Shown here: piece after piece, positions 20,401 to 29,400 of the stretch
Position numbering within the stretch: the stretch's first letter is position 1
How the letters are laid out: each line of letters begins with the position of its first letter
From: an uncultured delta proteobacterium
Lineage (GTDB): Bacteria; Desulfobacterota; Desulfomonilia; UBA1062
Assembly: GCA_963785235.1 (NCBI GenBank)
Contig: CAWAUM010000012.1
Location: 128,001-192,000, forward strand
Direction: 5' to 3'
DNA: 64,000 nucleotides
Program-made: the position numbers and the translations under genes
The notes under the pieces: generated by a model
The model's database searches: none
What the model saw: only the letters and a program-made list of their open reading frames with translations
What the model was told of the DNA's origin: nothing

Positions 20401-23376
20401 ATGAAAGCATCTACAAGAATAACTTCACTGAACCTGATCACACACATGGGCTTGCGCACCATGGCCTTTGCGTTCAACAATTTCCGTTCGCTGAGACGCC
20501 GTATGAAGTGCTCGGACGGCTGGATCAACTTCTCCGTGGGCATCTGCACCGAGACCGGAAGCGTTGCCCAGACCATCAGATTCAATGAGGGCCGGGTCAG
20601 GGTGGTCCATGGGGTGAACGGTGGTTCGGATGTCGTCCTGAAGGCCGTGGACGACGCGGTCCTGAAGGATCTCATCTCGGCCCCGCCCAGCGAACTCCTC
20701 AACATGATGCTCCGGAACAGGCTCATGATCGAGGGCAACATTGCCTGCCTGCAGCTGTTCACCTACTATCTTTCCCTGCTGTCCGGCAGGATGCACGAGA
20801 AGATGCTCAACAGGGCACGGAAGGACGAGATCGAAACACGCAGGCGGGAATCCTGCATGAATGAACCGGGCCTGGCCGGGAGGCTGAACGCCAGGCGGAA
20901 AGAGCATCTGAGAGCCGGCCACAGGGAAGACGGCAGCGTCATCCATCTCCATGACCCCTATCTCCCGGACCTTGACTTGGAAGATTTTCCCCGGCTGAAG
21001 AAGCTGCTGGAAAGGCAACGGGGCAGCAGGCCCGAGTTGTGCGCAGAGCGCCCGAGGCTTCTGACCGAATGGCATCGCCGGAACGGGTTCGAGGAGGTGA
21101 GCCCGGGCAGGCCGTGGCAGCCCGTGCTGAGGCAGGGTCTGGTCTTCGAATACCTTTTGAGGCACAAGAAACCCGTTATAGCCGAATCCCAGCTCCTGGC
21201 CGGATCGACAACCTCCAACCCTGTCTGCGGGGTGGTTGTGTACCCCGACGCCCAGGCCACCATGATCTGGGGTGAGCTGAATTCCGTGGACAAGCGGCTC
21301 CTCAACCCATACGAAGTCAGTGACGAGACCAGGGAGATCCTGAATGACATCTTCCCCTTCTGGATCAGACGCTCCTTTCACGAATGCGTAAACAGGGAGC
21401 ACGGAAGGCCGCTCTCGCTCAGACTCAGCGAGCGGGTAGTGGCCATCGTGTGCTCCAAGGCCTTCTGCGTATCCCACACTGTGCCCGGCATCAGAACCAT
21501 TCTCGAGAAGGGTACAGAGGGCATTATCGACGACATACAGGCCAGGCTCGCCGGGGATCCCCTGGACGATGAAGGATCGGCGACCCTGGAAGGCATGATC
21601 CATAGCCTGAAAGGCCTGGAGGCGTATGCCGGCAACCTTTCATCAGAGGCCAGGCTGCTCTCAGAAAAGGCACCTGATCCTGTACGTGCAGGGGAACTGC
21701 TCCACATGGCTGAAGTCAGCGCACGTGTTCCCCGCAATCCGGCTGAAACCCTTGACGAAGCCGTTCAGAGCGTCTGGACTACCTGGATCGGCATGCACAT
21801 GGAAAACACCAATGCCGGCCTTTCTCCCGGAAGGCTTGACCAGTGGCTGCAGCCATTTTACCTGGCTGACATGGAAAAAATACGCGATGACCAAGGGCGA
21901 AAGGACTACATACGTCACGCCATCGAGCTGATCGGTTGCCTCTACCTGAGGATATCCGACCACATGCCGCTCTCGCCGGACATCGGCAACATCCTCTTCG
22001 GCACGTCCCCACCCAACCAGGTCATCACACTGGGCGGCATCACGCCCGAGGGCGAAGACGGTGTGAACGACATGACCTACATCTTCCTCAAGGTCACCGA
22101 GATGCTCGGCCTGCCGGATCCCAACATCAATGCCCGCATCAACGTGGAAAAGAACAGCGGGACCTATATCAAAAGGCTCTGCGAGGTGAACTACACCACG
22201 TCGGCAACCCCTTCCCTGCACAACGATGCAGCTGTCTTCGCAGCGCTTAAGCCTCACGGCTATCCTGAAGAGCACATCCGTGACTGGAGCGCCACCGGCT
22301 GTGTAGAACCCACCATATCGGGCCGCCACAACGGACATACCGGCGGCATCCTCATCAACCTGGTCGCCGCCATGGAGATGGCTCTCCACAACGGCCGTCA
22401 CCCTTTCATGCAGTGGGACCTGGGGCCAAAGACCGGCGATGTCGAGGACTTCATGACCTTTGAGGAGTTCTTCGGGGCCTATGCAGCCCAGCTGCGTTTC
22501 CTCATCGAGCAGGCTGTGAGTCTGAACAACCTGTTTGCCGAGGTCCATGCGCACATGAGGCCCACGCCCTTCATCAGCTCTACGATGGAGGGCTGCATCG
22601 AGAAAGGCCGCGACATCACCCGGGGCGGGGCGCGTTACAACACGACCGGCGCTGCCAACATCGGACTGGTCGACATCGTAGACAGCCTCATGGCCATCAA
22701 GAAACTGGTCTTCGACGAACAGAAAATAAGCTTCAGGGAACTGATGGATGCGGTTGACTCTGATTTCAAAAGAGCCCCTCATGTAAGGGCCTTGGCTCGG
22801 AACAAGGTCCCCCTGTTCGGATCGGGGGACAAGGAGGCCAGTGATATGGCTGACCGCGTGGCATCCCTCATCCACGGCATCTACACCTCGCATCGCAACT
22901 ATCGCGGGGGTAAGTACACCAGCGGGTTCTGGTCCATGTCCCAGCACACGGCCTATGGCAACCTCTCAGGAACTCTCCCCTCGGGTCGGTTGGCAGGCAT
23001 GCCTTTCACCCCAGGGCTCACCCCCGAGCCTCATGCCAGCAGAAATTACCTGGATTTCATCTCGGATGTAGCCGGGCTTGACCCCGTGAACATGGACAAC
23101 AATATGGCCTTCAACGTCAAGCTCTCGCCTTCGCCCGGGGAAAGCCGCGAGGAGATCGTGGGCAACATGGCTGCCTATGTGAAGACCTACTGTGGCCTGG
23201 GAGGCATGCAGATGCAGTTCAACGTAGTAGATTCACGGATGCTCAGGGACGCCATGACCAATCCTGAAAACTACCGGGACCTGATCGTGAGGATCTCGGG
23301 ATACAACGCCTATTTCGTAGCGCTGAACCGGGCCCAGCAGCTCGAGCTCATCGGCAGGGCCGAGTACGGGGTCTGA
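20401..23376 (+). CDS. Glycyl radical enzyme (PFL2/dehydratase-like) with N-terminal SCP2-like domain
   Basis: Cys loop SATGCVEP, SPGRLDQ, QMQFNVV, Gly loop LIVRISGYNAYF; ~130-aa N-terminal SCP2-like segment ending 'NRLMIEGN'. Confidence 0.9.
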   Translation: MKASTRITSLNLITHMGLRTMAFAFNNFRSLRRRMKCSDGWINFSVGICTETGSVAQTIRFNEGRVRVVHGVNGGSDVVLKAVDDAVLKDLISAPPSELLNMMLRNRLMIEGNIACLQLFTYYLSLLSGRMHEKMLNRARKDEIETRRRESCMNEPGLAGRLNARRKEHLRAGHREDGSVIHLHDPYLPDLDLEDFPRLKKLLERQRGSRPELCAERPRLLTEWHRRNGFEEVSPGRPWQPVLRQGLVFEYLLRHKKPVIAESQLLAGSTTSNPVCGVVVYPDAQATMIWGELNSVDKRLLNPYEVSDETREILNDIFPFWIRRSFHECVNREHGRPLSLRLSERVVAIVCSKAFCVSHTVPGIRTILEKGTEGIIDDIQARLAGDPLDDEGSATLEGMIHSLKGLEAYAGNLSSEARLLSEKAPDPVRAGELLHMAEVSARVPRNPAETLDEAVQSVWTTWIGMHMENTNAGLSPGRLDQWLQPFYLADMEKIRDDQGRKDYIRHAIELIGCLYLRISDHMPLSPDIGNILFGTSPPNQVITLGGITPEGEDGVNDMTYIFLKVTEMLGLPDPNINARINVEKNSGTYIKRLCEVNYTTSATPSLHNDAAVFAALKPHGYPEEHIRDWSATGCVEPTISGRHNGHTGGILINLVAAMEMALHNGRHPFMQWDLGPKTGDVEDFMTFEEFFGAYAAQLRFLIEQAVSLNNLFAEVHAHMRPTPFISSTMEGCIEKGRDITRGGARYNTTGAANIGLVDIVDSLMAIKKLVFDEQKISFRELMDAVDSDFKRAPHVRALARNKVPLFGSGDKEASDMADRVASLIHGIYTSHRNYRGGKYTSGFWSMSQHTAYGNLSGTLPSGRLAGMPFTPGLTPEPHASRNYLDFISDVAGLDPVNMDNNMAFNVKLSPSPGESREEIVGNMAAYVKTYCGLGGMQMQFNVVDSRMLRDAMTNPENYRDLIVRISGYNAYFVALNRAQQLELIGRAEYGV

Positions 23377-23411
23377 GAAGACCAGGTATATCTTTATGAG
23401 GGAAATGACTC

Positions 23412-26400
23412 TCAGGTGACTGCAGCTGGTATTATCACCTTGACATTGTGTTCCCGGTGGTCATCCACAAGGGGGATCGCCTTGTCTTTCAGGACCTGTC
23501 CGTCGAGTTCCACAAGCATCTCGCCCAATACATCGTGTGTTTGCTGGAAGATGATGTGATAGAATGTTTCCCGATACCGGTAAAGGACCTTGAAAGTCTC
23601 CCAACCCTTCACAGGCAGGCACGGGGCAAAACGCAGCTTGTCCACGTCAAGCTTGAGCCCCAGCAGTGATTCCACGATCAGCCGGTACATCCAGGCAGCC
23701 GAGCCCGTGTACCACGACCAGCCGCCGCGGCCGGTATGCGGGGAAAGTGCATAGACATCGGCAGCGACAACATATGGCTCGACTTTATAGGTGTTGACTT
23801 CACCGGCAGACCTGGCATGATTTATCGGATTGATCATGGCAAGCAGTTCCCAGGCGCCGGCGTGATCGCCTAACGCAGCCAATGCCATGGTCACCCAGAT
23901 TGCCCCATGGGTGTACTGCCCCCCATTCTCCCTCACACCCGGGACATAACCTTTTATGTAGCCGGGATTCAGATCCGATTTGTCAAACGGCGGGTCCAAC
24001 AGCTGGATCAGACCGACGTCCCGCCGAACGAGGCGTTGATCCACCTCCTTCATTGCCATGCGAGAGCGAACAGGGTCGCCCGCTCCTGAGAGAACCGACC
24101 AGCTTTGGGCTATCGAATCAATCCGGCATTCGGGATTACTCGCCGATCCAAGCGGCGTACCGTCGTCGAAGTAGGCGCGGCGATACCACTGTCCGTCCCA
24201 TCCACTCTGCTCGATATTCCAGCGCAATTGATCCGCCTCCCTCTGGCAGCGTTCGACAAAGGACAGGTCACCGTGCATGCGGGCAACCTCACTGAACTGC
24301 ATAAGCACATCATACAGGAAAAAGGCCAGCCAGACACTTTCACCTCTACCGTGTTCGCCCACGAGGTTCATACCGTCATTCCAGTCACCCGAACCCATGA
24401 GAGGCAGGCCATGTTCACCAAAATTGAGGCCTTTGACGATGGCCCTGACACAGTGTTCGTACAGAGCGGCAACGACCTCGGAATGCGCCGGCAGATCGTA
24501 ATAGGAGTCTTCGTCCTGATTTACCGGACGGCCTTCTATGAAACCCACGGGTTCATCCAGAACGCCCGTATCACCGGTGGAGAGAACATAGCGGCAGGTA
24601 GCCATGACGAGCCAGAGAAAATCGTCCGAACAATGTGTGCGCACCCCCCGGCTTAACGGAGGATGCCACCAATGCTGAACATCTCCCTCCCTAAACTGGT
24701 GGGCTGCGCACAGGAGGAGATGCTCGCGCACGAGGTGCGGCTTCGTGTGGATGAGTGCCATCACGTCCTGCAGCTGGTCGCGGAAACCGAATGCACCGCC
24801 GGACTGGTAATAACCGCTCCGCGCCCAGAGGCGGCAGACAAGGGTCTGGTACAAAAGCCAACCGTTGGCCATAATGTTAACAGCCATATCAGGTGTTTCG
24901 ACCTGTATCGCCCCATGTGTCTGGTTCCAGAACTGCCAGAGAGTTTCAAGCTCGCCGCGCGCGGCTACAGAACCACGGAAGCGGTTAACCAGCTTTACAG
25001 CATCATCGACATCCAGCCCTGTGCCGAGCCTGAAGATGATCTCGCGTTCCTGGCCAGCTGCCAGCTCGAAGGGAACCTGGATGGCCGCGCATGGATCGAA
25101 AGCAGCCCCAACTTTGTTGGAAAGCCGCGTCCGCTTGAGGGCAGCCGGATTTTTGAGCGTGCCGTTGCGCCCGATGAACTCCGCTCGATCGCCGCTTACA
25201 CTCCGGGTAGCATCATCCACATCGAAGAAGGCGACCCGGCCTGCGAACTCTGTGTTGTAAGGGTTCCGGGCAAACAGGGCGCCGCTGGTCGGATCTATCC
25301 CGGTAACCACATGCATGGCCGATTTCGGTCGCAGGTCTCCCAGCACCCACTCAACGTAGCCCGTCACAGAGAGCCGGCGGCTTCGACCCGACTCGTTTCG
25401 CACTTTGAGTACGGTGAATTTGACCGCTGCGTCCAGTGCCACGTACACCCACACCTCTGAGCGGATTCCGCGCTCCGTATGCTCGAAGACGCTGTAACCG
25501 AAGCCATGCCGGGTTACGTAAGGCGTGGCCCCTTGGCTGGGCAACCCCATGGGCGACCAGAAGTGGCCACGCTCTTCATCACGAAGGTAAAAAGCTTCTC
25601 CGCTTAAATCGCCCACGATATCGTTGTTCCACGGAGTGAGGCGGAACTCATGGGCATTTTCGCTCCAGGTGTAGGCAAGCCCGCTCTCTGAGATGATGGA
25701 GCCAAAGCGCGGATTCGCCAGTACATTCACCCACGGCGCCGGTGTCATCTGATCTTGCGCTGTCGTAATTACGTACTCTTTCCCGTCAGGGGTGAATCCT
25801 CCGATCCCGTTGAAGAAGTTCAGATCATGGCGGGGCAAAGCACTTACGGCCTTTGGTTCAAGGCGGTGTGTCCGGGTCGGATTAAGCAGCGGCAGGGCTG
25901 CTTCGAGAGCGCCTCGCCGGTAGAGCTGTTCCGCCAGTGCCCCATGGCTGTCGGTGATGATGGCCCGCGCGACCGTTTGGAAGAGAATACGGTCTTCGCT
26001 CGATATCTGCTCGGCGAGCCTTACAAAGATTCCTCCCGGGCGATCCGTCACGTTGACTTCGATGCCTGCGGCAATGAGCCCCATGATCTGGTCGTGCAGA
26101 AGTTGCCGATAACCGGCGTGATCTTCATTCCAGATCACCAGGTCCACGATCAGTCCCTTTAAACGCCAGTACGCGTGGGCCTGGACGAGTTGACGTACCA
26201 GTTCAATATTGGATGGGTCTTTGATCTGCAGCAGCACAATAGGCAAATCGCCTGAAATGGCATAGCCCCAGAGGCCCGATTGTCCACGATTGTTCTTGAT
26301 GAGGATGCCCGCTTCGGCGCGCAACGACGAATTGGCATAGATTACGGAACCGGCAAGGCGTCCATAGAGTTGTGCGTCGGCCTCCGTAATATTGAGCTGT

Positions 26401-29400
26401 CGCAGGATCACCTGAGAGTGTGTCCAAGCCAGATCGAAAACGCGATCCGCGAGGCGCCGATCCTGGTATTTTTCCATAAGGGAGAGTGCTGTCTCCCTTG
26501 TTTCAGCGATACCCAAGACCATATCGACTGTCGCCGATTTTCCCGGATCAAGCATGACCAGGTGCCGGATCGCGACAATCGGATCGAGCACGGAGCCGTC
26601 ACTGCCCGAGAGCGCAGCAGACCCCCTCAAGGCTTGAGGATTTACAAGGGTGTTCCCGCGGCCGATGAACCGCATGCGGTCGGTCTCATAGGAAACTTCT
26701 CCGGTGTGCGCCCCGTGCACGGCCATCAGGTGAAACATCCACGGAACAGGATCACCCTTTGAGCGAGGCCGGCGGGTACACAGGATCGCCCGGTGTTGAT
26801 TAAGGATCTCGGTCTGGACAAAGAGGTTGCTGAACGCCGGATGCAACGCATCAGTGGCCGGCGGTGCGAGAACGACTTCCGCGTAGCTCGTCACCTCGAT
26901 CGTTCTGTGCCTGCGGGAACGGTTGGTGATGCGTACTCGGCGCAATTCGATATCATCCTCCGGCGAGACGGCGATCTCGGTATGCATGTCGATATCATTG
27001 TCGCGGCGGCGGAACTCTGCACGGCCCTCTGAAAAAATCACCTCATAGAGCTTCGGTTGTTTCAGGGTAGGCTGGTAGGAACTTGACCAGAACTCAGAGC
27101 TTTCCATATCACGGATGTAGCAGAATGTTCCCCAGTTATCACTGGTAGTGTCTTCGCGCCACCTGGTGACGGCCATGTCCTTCCAGCGGCTGTAGCCGCC
27201 TCCCGAATTCGTAACCATGACGTTGTATCTGGGATTCGATAACAACTGAACTTCCGGGACCGGTGTATCCGGGCTGCTGAAGACACGTACCGGGGTCTCC
27301 GGGCCAGCAGGAGTCGTGCGTAACTCGGAGAGCTCCGTGGTGTGCGAATAGAACGACGTGGCCTTGGGAACACGTTCCTGAAGCAAAAGTGTAGTCGAGC
27401 GGAAAAGCGGATCAGACTCGAATCGCTGCTGCATGGGACGGTCCAGCAGGGTATAGGCCAGGGCCAGGAGGCTCATGCCCTGGTGATGTGACATGAAGGC
27501 CAGGACCACGGCGTTCGCTTGCCCGCGCGTCTGACGTGAAGGGGTGTAGTCGATTGCTTCAAAAAAGCCGAATCTTCCCGCAAACCCCTGCTGGGCAAGT
27601 CGTTGCAGATTCAGGCACGCTGCCTCGGGTGCTACCATCAGCGCCAGCGCCGAGGCATACGGTGCAATGACAAGGTCCTCGGCAAGACCGCGTTTGAGCC
27701 CCAGGCCGGGTACGCCGAATGCACGGTACTGGTAGTTGAGATGAACATCGACCATGTTGTATCCGGATTCAGAAATTCCCCACAGTACCCCGTGGTGCAT
27801 CCCATACTCGATCTGCCTTTCAACAGCCGCCTTGTAGGTCCGGTCAAGCAGGGTGTTTTCATATGTCGGCATTATGAGAAGCGGCATGAGGTACTCGAAC
27901 ATCGATCCGTCCCAGGAGAGAAGTACCGGATCTCCGCCGACATTTGTGAGGAGGCGTCCCAGGGCAAACCAGGACTCCTGAGGCAGTTGTCCCTGGGCAA
28001 TCGCCACGAAGCATGACAATCGTGCCTCCGAAGCCAGCAGGTCATAGAAACTCGAATCCCTCTGATTCTCCCCGATGTTGTACCCGATTGAGAGCAGATG
28101 ACGTGTTTTGTCATACAGGAAGCCATACTCCATGTGAGCCAGCTCGTTTAATTGCCGGGTAAGACTTTCAATCTCCCCTATTCTCTCCTGGGCGTGAAAG
28201 CTTGCTTCACTGATAAGATCTCGAAGCTTAACAAGCAACCCTGTTTCCTCTGGTGTAACGTTCGCCGCTTGTGGTTGTCTGATTGCCCTTTGCAACTCCT
28301 TATCGAAGCTAGCCAGTTGGGAGAGCGTTGGGATTTCTCCCATGACCTTGAAATCACTGAGCCGCTCGGAACCATCAGGAAGCGCTGTCCACGGGGCAAG
28401 AAACGTCAGTTCATCCAAGGCGTAGTGGCATTGCCGGGCCAAAGTAGTAGCCCACCACGTCGATTCGTTCTCGGGATCGACATCCAGGACACGTACCATA
28501 TCCTCAGCAGACTTAGTCAGCCGGTCCAGGCAGGCCCTCACTTCTGCCAGTGTGGATAACCGGGAATTGGCAAGGTCATTCCGAAACCGGGCGAGCGGGA
28601 CTGAAGCGGCAGCTGCTCCAGAATCCACGAGGATCTCGATGGTGTCTCTTAAGCCCTCAAACAACCGCGGACTCACTATTTTGTGATCGGGAAGTGCAAG
28701 CAGGCCTGAGCGCAATGTCAGAAGGTGAGCCCCCAGGTTCCCGCTGTCCACCGACGAGATGTAAAAAGGCGGCAGAGGCTTCAAGGTCTGTGTGTCATAC
28801 CAGTTGTAGAAGTGTCCCCGGTGCCGTTCCAAGGCTTGCATCGTCCGGATTGCGTTCTCTGTGCGCATAAGGACTTGTCCGACAGGTATATAGCCGAAGT
28901 CATATGCGGCAATGTTCGCAAGAAGCGAAAGTCCCATGTTTGTGGGCGATGTGCGATGTGCAACCTGCTCAGGGCGATTCTCCTGATAGCTGTCTGGCGG
29001 CAGCCAGTTATCATCAGGGCCGATGAATGTTTCGAAAAATGCCCAGGTCTTTCGGGAGATCTTTCTCAGAAAGATGGTCTGATCGGCACTCAACTGTGCC
29101 TGAAGGCGTGCGAAAGGCCGGCTGATCCACCACGCTACAGCAGGCGAGGCAAACCAGAGGCCCAGTATGGGCCAGGCATAAATTAATGATGCCGTCCTGA
29201 AAAGTGCGAGCTGGATAATTGCTGCAAAGGCAATACAAGGTGCGAACCACATGGTCAGGTACGAGCTGAGAAGATTCGTGCGGCTATCGTGGTTGCCCAA
29301 AGGATTCCATTCGAGCAGTCGTTTGCGGGTGATCAGCAATCGCCATGTCGTGCGCAAAACCGCATCCAGACTGAAGAACGCCTCATAAGGAAGGCAGGCC

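Noticed and set aside
20401-23376. Annotation as pyruvate formate-lyase or a fumarate-adding enzyme
   Set aside because: Single-Cys GCVEP loop rather than the PFL Cys-Cys; no small subunits or activase adjacent
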